In this document: positions 36,583 to 47,529 of the stretch, piece after piece | Layout: each line of letters starts with the position of its first letter | How positions within the stretch are numbered: the stretch's first letter is position 1 | DNA from: Lama guanicoe | Lineage: Eukaryota | Reading direction: 5' to 3' | Assembly (NCBI GenBank): GCA_013239625.1 | Contig: MU053588.1 | Coordinates: 1,808,508-1,872,507 of the forward strand | DNA length: 64,000 bases | Program-made: the position numbers and the translations under genes | Notes under the pieces: generated by a model | What the model was told of the DNA's origin: nothing | Seen by the model: only the letters and a program-made list of their open reading frames with translations | Database searches by the model: none

Positions 36583-38174
36583 TTGCCGTGGGGAGGTAAG
36601 AGTGGATGAGGGGGCATGGCCAGGTGTGGGCTCCCCTCCTACAAATCAGGGCTTCCCAGGGGCTCCCAGGTTAGACATCAGAGGACAAACTCTGAGGACC
36701 CCCACCTCTCCACCTCAGCACGGTCAGGTCCCTGTGTCTTTGAAGAGATGAGAGGGTCGTAGTTAAGAGCAAGGGTTCAAGAGCCCAGCTGCCTGGATTC
36801 AAATCCTGATTCTGCCCCTTACTAGTGGTGAGATCTTAGATCTATTACTTGAACTCGCCCTGCCTCAGTTTCCTCGGAACAAGGAGGATTATCAGAAATT
36901 CCTACTTCATAGGGTATTCTCAGGATAGATGAGCTAATATATGCAAAACCTTTAGCCTAATCACTGGCACATACAGGGTCCACCCAGGGGCGACTATCAG
37001 AAGGGGGAGGCCCTTCTGGAACACTGCCTTCCGATCAGTGTCTACTATCTGAAACTCTGAAGGCAAGACTTGAGGATGTAAAAATATACAAACATAAAAG
37101 TTCACTCCAGTGAAAAACGTTTGTTTAAAGAAGAGGGAAATAGTAATGGAAAAGGAAACCCCGTGTGTGGGATGGACATGCATCAGAATTATCAAGGGGA
37201 AGGCATATCCTTTCCAGAATGTGTACAAGTTGTTGAGAACACAGCACTTGTACAAGGGGTGCAGGAAAGCAATTGGGGAGAATATGCAAGTTGTTGACTG
37301 ATATCTCCCGTAAATTCTGTCTGGACTGAGGCTGAATTAGTTCCTTCTAGCCTCAGGAAGGATTGATTCTCTGAAACCAAGTCCCACAACCGCCTTTCCC
37401 CAGGGGCCAGGGTCTGCTCACCCTCCTTCTGTAAGGCGATGGGAATGACTGATTGGAGGGCAGACGCCTGAGCCAAAGAGGGTGTCACTGTACTGACTGA
37501 GACTGGAGACGCAACCCCCTCCAGCCTGAGGTCGCCTCCCCCCACTCCACTTGAGAAGAGGCATCTAAGGAATCACTCATTCTGCTCTCATTAATGCTCA
37601 GAGATGAGTCTTGGGTAACTCACAGTCCCCGAGACTTCCAGTTCTGACCACCAGGATTCACACTGATATGCATGAAAGACCCACAGTCACTTAGACCGTC
37701 ATTGCCATGTAGGGGAGAACCTCACATGCAGACAAAGACATGCACACATTCACAGGTGAGCACCCAGTCCCAGATTCACACACACACACACACACAAAAC
37801 ATGCACGACAGGCAACTCACACGTCACACACAGCTCTCCATACTCCTCACTGTGACGTGCACTGTGAGCTGTACTCACACACAGTCATGAAGACACACAC
37901 AGTTTCACCCCCTCATCCCAGTCAGGGGTCCACCTCCCACACGGAGTCACAGTGTCTCCACAGAGTTCACTCTCAGACACTGTCAGATGCTGACAGATAA
38001 TTACACTGGCCCAGGCTCAACATGTGATTCCCCACAAGGATTCCATGTAGTATATCCCCAGGGTCTCTCTCACACACTCACAACTGTCAGGAAAACAGTC
38101 CAAATGGAAATGCACATATTTTCATCTTATACAGTCTCCTACATTTGCCTCCTTTTTAAAAAAATCAATTGCCC

Positions 38175-38484
38175 CTGGGGAGAATACAGCTTAAGTGGTA
38201 GAGCTCATGCTTAGCATGCACAAGGTCCTGGGTTCAATCCCCAGTATCTGCATAAAAATAAATAGACAAATAAACCTAATTACCTCCCCCCTCAAAAAAA
38301 ATAAACAAATAAATAAAATTTAGGAAAAATCAATTGCCCATTAGGCCAATATTTAAATTTATTTTATTATTTTTTTGGGCAGGAAGAGACAATTAGGTTT
38401 ATTTATTTAACAGTCCTGGAGATGGAACCCAGGACCCTGTGCATGCTAAGCATGCACTCTACCACTAAACTATACCTTCCCCTC
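38175..38484. mobile_element. Inverted (tail-to-tail) pair of tRNA-derived SINEs in galectin intron 1
   Basis: + copy at 38175-38324 with TSD aaaaatcaattgccc; - copy at ~38358-38484. Confidence 0.9.
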
Positions 38485-38540
38485 TTCCTCTTTCTTTTAT
38501 GTCCCCTGAGATTATTGAAGGCTATGTCTTTTCAGCTCAC

Positions 38541-38555
38541 CTGTTGCTTTGACAT
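38541..38555 (-). CDS. Galectin (LGALS13/14/16/CLC cluster) coding exon 1 (MSKQQ)
   Basis: acaacaATGTCAAAGCAACAG|gtgagctgaaaag; 15 coding nt, as in this gene family. Confidence 0.85.
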
Positions 38556-38626
38556 TGTTGTGTCTTCCTTTGGGCAGCTCTTCCAAACTGTGTCTGGTTT
38601 GGTGTTTGAATCCCTTGGAGTTGCAG

Positions 38627-38635
38627 AATATAAAT
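38627..38635 (-). promoter_or_regulatory. TATA-like box of the galectin gene (ATTTATATT)
   Basis: About 75 nt upstream of the ATG, consistent with a short 5'UTR. Confidence 0.6.
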
Positions 38636-38980
38636 GATCCCCGGCAGCCCCACCCTTTGGCTTTGTTCCTGTTTCTAAGCCTCAATGTCCCAACAGGGTC
38701 AGAGGGTAAAGTGTCAGAAGTAGACTTAATCCCAACTCTGCCTGTGATTGTGTCCTTGAGCAGGGTATATCTGATACAACAGGAACTCCAGTGAAGGGAA
38801 TGCCCAGGGAGGAAGGAGTAGCGGGGGAAATGCAGGAATAGGGGTGACAGAGTGACGGGGTGAGTGGGTCTAAAATCCAGCCTTCATGCCTCTTACCAAG
38901 TCTTTAGTCCACAGGCAGAATCTACTCAAAAGGTGCACATTTTTATAACTTGCACAGTGGCAAAGAATTGGTGATCCTGG

Positions 38981-39779
38981 TGTGACCCAGCTGAACTTGG
39001 GTCCACTTGCCCACTGTGCAGCAAAACCAACTGACTGACACTGGGTTGTGGGAAAGGAAAGTAACAGCATTTACTGCAGGCACCAGGCAAGGAGAACAGG
39101 CAGCCTGATACCAGAATACCTGAACTCCTTGATGGCTTCGAGGGAAGGGTTTTTAAAGGCGACATGTGGGATGAGGGCTGCAGGGATTATGATTTTCTGA
39201 TTTTCTTTTGATTGGTTGATGGGGAGGTAACAGAGCGATGTTTCGGGAATCTGAATCATCAACCTCCTGGTTCGAACCAGTCTGGGGTCTGCTAGCTTGT
39301 GGGCCATGGAATCACCATCCTCCACCTGGGTGGGGAGAGGTCTAAGCTTCTGCAGAACACCCCAGAGACATGCGTCAGATTGTTATGCGTATCCCCTGAG
39401 GAGGAATGAGGACTCTGAGGAATCCGTTTTATCCTGAACCATGTTTAAGTGGTCATTGCTTTTCTTGCTCAACTGCTCATCCTTTGTGTCTGTATTCCCT
39501 CACATCCCCAGTTAGCAAGTGCTTGAGTCTGCTCTGTGGAACTCAGGGAAGGCCTAGGACACTAAAGCTTTTTTCTACAGACAAGAAATGGGGGACACGG
39601 AGGGAATTTGTACCTGGGAGCGCCTTGCAGGATCCCACTCAGTTTCAATCTCCTCTTTCCTTTTGTCCTCTCAATCCTGAGGGGACCAGGGGTGAGACAA
39701 GAAAGGGAGTAGAGTTTTGAATAGAGATGTTAATCATAAACTTGGGAGGAGAACTTGGTTTTGGGGGAACTTGGTTTCA
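38981..39779 (-). mobile_element. Solo ERV1-like LTR upstream of the galectin
   Basis: TG...CA ends; 4-bp TSD ctgg at 38977-38980 and 39780-39783; TATA-like (~39150) and AGTAAA (~39070) on the - strand. Confidence 0.8.
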
Positions 39780-42357
39780 CTGGGGCTGAGGCCTCTCTTC
39801 CAGAGGTTGTGTGAAGGCACATTGACTCTCAGCAGACCCGAGACAGATGTAGAGAAAGTTTTTGAGTTATCGCCACCCTGCACTGGGTCCCTTGGGACCA
39901 ACTGTGTCAGGTAAGGGCTGCTCAGACTGTTTTCTCACACACCTGGAGTGCAGCACACCTTCTCCGAGCCCTGATTCTTCTTTACGTTCTAGGAGAAGTG
40001 TAAGGTCCTTAAGTTCTGCTTGATTTGTGTGCTCCTTGACTCCAGGCTTGTCTGAGCAGAGGGACCAGTACAGGTAATTGCACTTCAGCTATAATGCAGG
40101 ACCCCTCTTCAGATTCTTCTTTTGGGGTGAGAGGAGTCCCCTTCAAATCCTAAATTAGGAATTTAAAGAAGGGATATATTAGAATTCAGTTGTCGTTGGC
40201 ATGAAGTAGTGTTTTCATCACCTGACATTAAATTGCTGATTATTTGAGGATTCTGTCCATGGCAGAGATTGAGAACAGAAGTCTTTCAGCCATTTTGGGC
40301 AGCAAATGGGGTCACTTTCTGCCACTCAGGGTCTCTGCATAGTAGTTAGTGGTCCCTGGGCATCCTCTGTGAGGTGATGCTCAGTGACCCGCATCCTCTT
40401 GAAAATCCTCAAAAGGTGTTGGTGTTCATGTGATAAAAATAAGGTACTTGCTTTAATGTGCTGTATTCATTTGTTTAGATGGTGGGTTATGTTTATGGAG
40501 GAAACATGAGGTTATGATCTAAGCAAGACTCTGTAAAGGGGCTATTCTTCCATCTTTCTCTGTAGAGTGCAGCTGCATCTCGTGCTTGTTAGGTTCTGGG
40601 AACCAAGAGAGCAAATACTTTTTTAAATGTGGGATCACTTCAAGCTTCTCCCACAACAAATCACAACCTTGACTAGGAAGGCCATAAAATTTTTTTCTTT
40701 TGACTCCCTCTTCTTGCCAAAGCAAAGTGAAGAAAAACTAGGGGTGAAGGGGGTATGGCAAGATGAAAAGATTCTTGCCTTCAGAATAAGAAAATGCAAC
40801 CAAATATAAGGTACAAATATCTTTTGGAAAAATAGTTACAGACCTTTTGTTTCACCTTCTTGGTCAACTTCCAACATACATCAAGATGGGACAGTTGAAA
40901 CAGACCATTATTTGTAACATTCAAACTTGAGTAAGTTATTATTTAACTTTGGGGAACTGTTCAATAAATTATAGCACACCCAATTAATGACACATTTTTA
41001 GAGTCACTGAAAGGAGTTAGATGAGAGTGTTTTCAAATATTAAGATTTCAATATGGTATAATGAGTTTAAAAAATAAAAGTCAGTTGTAAAAATCTGTTG
41101 AGTATAAACTTTATCATAAGTTCCTGTCTTTCGGTGACCTGATTTTGGCTCTGGAAAGATCTATGAAAATGTATCACCATACTTCCTTTGGATAAAAGAA
41201 GCTTTAGATTAAAAATTTTCTGAACTATTGAAAGTTTAAACATAAGCATTTATCAGTTTCCTTCTGAATATTGTGTTCATAGCAGGGAGGAACAAATAAT
41301 TTGAGATGGACCATTTCCTCCTTCCTTATTTTCTTCCTTTCTCTCTGTTTACTCTTTCAGAAAAATCTATGGTTCTCCCATAATAAAACAGCCTTGAGGT
41401 GACCCCTTCTCCTCACCTACCAATTTACTGAAGGCTGATATTTTGTTTGTTGTGTTTAATACTGAGGGCCTGGCTTATAGTAGATGCTTGACAACTATTT
41501 AAAACACACATGCATTTTTAAAAAAATAACTTCCTTCTGGAATGCAAACAAGGTAACATTTCTCAGAAATCAGTGGTATGTTTGAGAAGTGAAATGTATC
41601 TGTACTATGTGCTTCTTCAGAATGTATTTATGGTTTTATGACTAAAAGAGAAAATGAAGCAAACCTGGATGTTCGGTTAGGTTTCACAATTTAGTCAGTA
41701 CAATAAGGAACTGAAGTTCTGGAGAACAAATGCTGAGTGTAGGCAGGGTGCCACTGTGGATGGAATAGGGTTTAGTAACTGAGCTGTCCTTTTTTTTTTC
41801 TCATGATAAACCAGGAGAAAAATTTTAACCCATAATTCAAACACTAATTACAGTATCTGTGATATATAAAAAGCACCACAAAACAAAAAGGACCATTTAG
41901 GAGAAGATTTGAGTAATGTATGAATTGGCCAAATCACAGAAGAAATAAAAATGTCCAATGACTGGAATCATGCGCTAACTCACTAGAAAAGAGGAAGTAC
42001 AAACAACGTCAGGGTTGATGATTTTCACTTATCACACAGGCAGAAGAGGAAAAGGTGAATCATTTGCCTTGTTGGAGATGACCTGCCAGTGGGGTACCAT
42101 TCTGCATTGTGCATAGTACGGCACGCTTTGGAGGGCATTCTGAGGACTCAGTCAGTACTTGTAATGCTCACAAAGATCCCATGTGTTTGCATATGCATGG
42201 GGGAGAGGCTAAAAGGAATAATCGATAGAGAACCAACTCCACAGAACCTCGAGATGTTGCGTGTGAATTCCTTGGTTCTAGTCCTGTGCTGAATATGTGC
42301 TCAATCAGTGGCATGTAGGAGGAGAGACTGAAGTCAGAGTCAATGCTCTCTTGTTTA

Positions 42358-42516
42358 TTTGTTTTTCCTTTTAAGCTTATTTATTTATTTTTGGTGGGGA
42401 GAGGTAATTACATTTATTTAGTACTCATTTATTCTTGGAGGAGGTACTGGGGATTGAACCCAGGACCTCATGCATGCTAAGCATGCACTCTGCCACTGAG
42501 CTACGCCCTCCCCCCT
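42358..42516 (-). mobile_element. tRNA-derived SINE with TSD aatgc(t/c)ctcttgttta
   Basis: Family consensus match plus TSD. Confidence 0.9.
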
Positions 42517-43147
42517 TAATGCCCTCTTGTTTACCGTCAAAACCACACTCCTTCCTCATAGAGTTGTTTGGAATATGATCTCCTACCCAAGGCAGTACAT
42601 AAGGCTCCATGGTCAAGAATTCAGGACTGTTTCCTTCTTTTCTTCTCATATGGAGCTATGTTAAGATCCCTTTTCTCCTTGTCTGTAGAATCTCTGCCAC
42701 CTGCTTAGACCAGATCCTGGGCTGAGGCCAACAGCAGGGCCTGTAAGTTACCAGTACAAATGATGCCTCTGTGTGAACTTCAACAAGGTGCCCTCTTCAG
42801 GATAGATGAATTTCTAAATGATGCCTTTTCTGTGACGATTCATTACAGCAACGTGCCCCTACTCCAGTGGAGTGTGCGCTCCTCTGCCTCTGTTCTTTTC
42901 CTCCTTATGGTGGGCAGCGTCTCTGAATCCCACTGCCCTTCTGCTGTTCAGGTCCTGCCTCAGGGTTTCTCTGAGCCTCTGTTCTACTGCAGGTTTGCTG
43001 GTACTGAGGCATAGGAGCCTGAGCCCTAACTGTCTCTGGAAGTCTCCTTCCCTCATTGACTCTCAGAACTTGATGCATTGTGGTTAATCTCTAAGCTCTG
43101 AGAGTGTCTGAGCATCTTCAGCAACTTTTTGTTCTGTTCATCTCACT

Positions 43148-43640
43148 GTAAAGGAAGACATTTTCATGCCCCTTGTGAAGGATAGTAAGAAAGGCTTCAT
43201 TCAAGAGGGACTGCTGCAATGGGGTTTTTACAGTAGGGGAGAGGTGGAGCCTTATCTCTGATTGAAAGAGTGGGAAGTGGTGATTTAATAGCCAAGGAAC
43301 AGGGAGGGAACTGTAGATAGAAAATTTCCAAGAAGAAATGTCAGGGGTAAGGAATTCTGGCTAAACATCTTGACAGGGTTCTTGGGGAGGCAGTCCAGGG
43401 TGATAAGATAAGGGTGGAAGTATTTGTTCATTTATCAAGGATGGTTATATACCAAGGGTGGGGAATGAGAAATTTGTTCAGATACTGAATGTAGAAGATT
43501 TTTGCTAACCTGACCCAGCAGAATTCTTGCTAAAACCAGGCCAAGTGAGCCGAGGACAGAGTTTAAGGTCAGGGCCTAGTCAAGAAGCGAGCTCAGAATA
43601 GCCTGACTCAGGTTTGGTCAAGGAGAGAGTCTTTGTCGTC
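43148..43640 (-). mobile_element. ERV LTR remnant (MER21-like)
   Basis: tgtaaaggaagac...ggactgctgcaatgggg...gcctgactcaggtttggtcaaggagagagtctttgtc. Confidence 0.55.
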
Positions 43641-44848
43641 CCGCATTTCAGTGTGGTTTTAATTTGCATTGCTTCTGTTCTTAGTGTTGTTGAACATGTT
43701 CCTGAGTGTGTAAAAGCCATTATGTTTCCTTTTCTATGAAACGTCTTTTTTTTTTTCATGCTCTTTGTCATTTTTTTCTGTTGGGTTTTTGGCATCTGTC
43801 TTACTACTTTTAAAGAACTTTTTATAGATTAAACGTCTGAAACGTCATATGCCATTTGTGTTGTTTTGCTCCATTTGTTGTCTTTATTTTTTTGGATTCC
43901 TTCATATCATCTGTTGCCTGTAAAAATGTCTAAATTTAATGTGTTTAGTTATATTCATTTTTGATGGATACCATTTAAAATTTTTACTTAACTTTTCTTG
44001 ACCTCTTCATTGTTAGTTTTAATCCAGTGTAAATTAAATAATGAATGAGTTGTGTTTTAGCTAATGAACATTCGCCCTCTGTGAAGATGTCCCGGTTCTC
44101 CTAAGTGCTGGGTTATGATGGTGAACACGACAGGCAGGGTCTTTGATCTCATGGACATGACATGAGTGGAGGGAAAAAAACTCATGAATGGCCTAGAGCA
44201 TAGTTACAGGTTGGCCAAGGGATTCAAAGAGGAGCACCTGATGTTGTGAAAGAGCAACTTATTTTGTGAAAGGCAGCATCCATGAGGGGCAGAAATTTGA
44301 CCTGAGAACAGAAGGATGAGAGAGAGTCTGATATTTGGACGCTGGGCTTGGATGTCCCTGGTTATGAGAACAGCACATCTAGCACCCTGCTGTGGGAAAG
44401 AACTTGATTAGTTAGGGATGAAGGAGCCTGGAAGGATGTCACGTGACCAGTTGAAAGCGAGTGTTGGACTATAGGGAAAGGTCAGTCACGGTGCCTTGTT
44501 GCCATTGAACAGGGTTCTATTCTATTCTAAGTACAGTAAGTGAATCATTTCTGGGGACTGATGGAGAGTGACATAATTCAGTCTATCTGGCAGCTATTTT
44601 GAGAACAGATTATAGGGGCCAGGAGAGGATGTGCAGGGCCAAGAGGGGGTCTGGGCATTGCTCTGGGGTGAGGCCTCAGCAGCTTTGCCTGGGAAAAGGA
44701 GGAAGTAGTGCCAGAGATAAATGATATGAGGACAGGGCACGTTTTCAGATATTCGAAATGAGGGTGAGGGAAAGGAGGAATCAGAAAAAGGTATGGGTCA
44801 AGGGCTGGAGTATCTTAATGGCTAGTAAGTATTACTTTAATAGTGAGG

Positions 44849-44982
44849 TGGGGGAGGGGATAGCTAGCTCAGTGGTAGAGCGCATGCTTAGCATGCACGA
44901 GGTCCTAGGTTCAATTTCCAGTACTTCTGGTTAAATAAATAAATAAATAAACCATATCCCACCCTGTACCCCTGCCAAAAAA
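44849..44982 (+). mobile_element. tRNA-derived SINE
   Basis: Family consensus match. Confidence 0.87.
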
Positions 44983-45684
44983 ACCTCTGAACTAATGGTG
45001 AGGAGAAGAAGAGAAATCACAAACAGTTATTTTGGTGGAAAAGTTACAGATTTTTGCTTTAGGTATGTTATTTATACAAAGTAATTTATTGACTAGGTAA
45101 AACATTAGCCTGGAACCTGGACACATCTTCTGCATTGTACACAAAAGCATCTTATTTGCTCATAGTGCCTTTTGGCCCTGTTTCCTCCTGGCACCATCTG
45201 GTGATTTGATATCCTGCCCAGGGAGGGGAATATTCAAGCAGGTGACAGACACTTTGTAGAAGATCTCAAAACTATGTTACTTTTGCTTTCCATCTTGCTC
45301 AGTACTTCTAACAGCCTCATGCATAACCCTGCGTTCTTTGGAACCAGGGTCTCCCAACCACGATGCAGAACAGACGACAGAAAATCTTTTGAAATGGAAA
45401 CACGCTCAGTGACTCTTGTTGCGCACATACATCCCTGTGCTGTGCGCTTGAGATATGGATGTAAATGAGACACACTGCTGGCTTTGTGGTGTTTCCAGGG
45501 TAGAAGGGAGATCAGACGATGCAAAGGCTAATACAGTCAGGAGTGAGGAAACTGTATTGCAGGTGCGAGAGAAGCAGAAGGAAGAGAGGGCAACATGGAG
45601 AAGTTTTCCTGTGAATAGGAGATACCATGGAGGACACCTGTTTGGGTTTACACTTAGAAAGAACACCAGTTTCAGGGATAGTGG

Positions 45685-45945
45685 AATCCTGCATTTCTGT
45701 ACCAATTTTGACTCTTCTAGGTAGTGGTAGCTGGAAACCCCTGCTGCAGCTTTGCCCACCGCATCCAACCAGTGTTGGGAAGATGATGTAGGTGGGAACG
45801 ACAGATCTGCCTCAGCGGATGCCTTTTCGACAGAGAGGGAGCATCTTCTCTGTCGTGAGGAGACTCTTCTCTATGCAACCATGGCTCATCCGAGATCTCA
45901 CTAAGGAGGAGGACCCACCACGCAGCACTCTCCCCGGTGGTCAGG
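45685..45945 (+). pseudogene. Galectin exon 4 plus 3'UTR relic, inverted relative to the intact galectin
   Basis: ctcttctag|GTA GTG GTA GCT GGA AAC CCC TGC TGC AGC TTT GCC CAC CGC ATC CAA CCA = VVVAGNPCCSFAHRIQP, then frameshift and GKMM*V. Flanking intron and 3'UTR words (agaggga, aggaga, accatg, tcactaa) match 34100-34375 in reverse complement. Confidence 0.8.
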
Positions 45946-47409
45946 CTTTGTTGCTTTTGAGGGAGAAACATGTCATTGGACCCAGAGTGAGAGTGGGGCT
46001 ACGGAGTAACAAGAGAAAAGCATTCCCTTGATCAAGCAGTGAATGAAAAGTCATCAGGAACATCTGAAAGGGAAAAATACAGTAACAGTAACAAGTATAA
46101 AGCTCTGTGGAGTTCCTATTGTATAATATATTCTTTTTGATGGCAGCAGCCCATTTCCCACTTTCAGATGATCAGTGGAGCTGCAGTTTAGTTTGCCCTT
46201 TGCTATAATTTGATGGTGGTGGCTTAGCAGTAGACATGACTGGGAATTGTACGTGACTCTGACACCTAGAACTGCACTTGGATGAAGCATGTCAACATCT
46301 CCAATACAATTAGAACCGGCTTCTTGTTACCACAGTGGACTCTGGATAGTGCAGACTCAACACACTTGTAGAGTCACGAATTTCCGAAGAACAGAGGGCA
46401 GGGCTCTGCAGCCTGAGCGAGAGGGGTCAGGAGTGACTCACCTCCTAACAGCTTTTCAGGGCACCTTCTCCAGACAGGCTCACAACAGGTTTCAACAGGG
46501 AAGGCAGAATCACTGGGGATGATGAAATCCTTAGTGTGAGGGATGGGAAGGAGGGATCTGATCACCTCTGCTTCTTGGGCTGGGTCACTTGGGCGCAAAT
46601 CATTGAATGCAACCTGGTAGAGAATGAGAAAGAGAATGTGTGTGTGTGTGTGTCAGTGAGAACCATTGGCTTTGCACACTTGTCTGTCTTTTGCATATGT
46701 TTTTCTCTGGGTTTGGAAGTGTTTGTATGTAATATGTGTATCTGTGCGTCTGAGTGCAGATCTGGACACAGATGAATGTCTCCTTGTCAGAGGTGTCCTG
46801 ATGTCCCTTTGCTGCAAGAGGAAAGCATGTTCTCTGTCTGATTCTGCCTGAGTACCAGTGTGGGAGAGAAAGTGTCCCACATTGTTAGTGAGGAGAGGAT
46901 ATGGGTCCAGGGGGTGGGATCCCTCAAGGCCTGGGTGCCTCTCTATTTGAAATTCCCCTGGTTCACTCCTGGGCTCTGTTATAGGCCCCATAGTTTTGAG
47001 GATTGAGCAGAGAGTGGGTAGAGGATCCTGTCAAGGGCCAAACATTAAAGATGGAGTCAGCCTCCTTATCAGCCTTTCCCTCCTACCAGCACACTCGGGC
47101 CTTCCCGCAGCTTCCATCCAGTCCACCTTTACATCTCTGTCCCTGTCACAGCAGCTCAGGCCCAGCCTGAGTTATTGCTGCTCCTCTTTGTATCACATCA
47201 ATTTGTGCTCTGTCCACAAGTCCTATTGGCTCTACCTGAAAATTCTTCATCAGTGGACCACTGCTCGTCACCTGAGCGCTCAGTGCAGGCAGAGGTTGTG
47301 CCTGACATATTACTGTGCCATTCCCACATCCCAGAAAGTGCCTTACTCATGGTAGGTACTTCATAAGTATTGTATAATCCTTTGTTTATATGAATGTCCT
47401 CTCTTCCTT

Positions 47410-47529
47410 CTTTTTGTTTTGTTTTTTTAACATTTTTTAAATTGAGTTACAGTTATTTTACCATGTTGTGTCAAATTCCAGTGTAGAGCACAATTGTTCA
47501 GTTAGACGTGAAACATACATGTATTCATT
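47410..47529 (-). mobile_element. Short L1 3'-end insertion (related subfamily)
   Basis: TSD tcctctcttcctt at 47397-47409 and 47530-47542; shares tgttgtgtcaaattccagtgt. Confidence 0.85.

Noticed and set aside
37870..37890. ATG ACT GTG T|gtgagt on - strand as an alternative phase-1 first exon that would fit the aag|TCC acceptor
   Set aside because: Lies in CA/GT-rich low-complexity intron sequence with no promoter features; the exon at 38541-38555 matches the family pattern much better.
45234..46031. Several 60-120 aa ORFs suggesting a retrogene or viral insert
   Set aside because: No recognisable protein in any frame except the galectin exon-4 relic.
46395..46800. Possible relic of another galectin exon 1/intron 1 on + (cacaaca...caacagg followed by a GT-rich stretch)
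   Set aside because: Only short word matches, with no ATG or donor; not supportable without an alignment.
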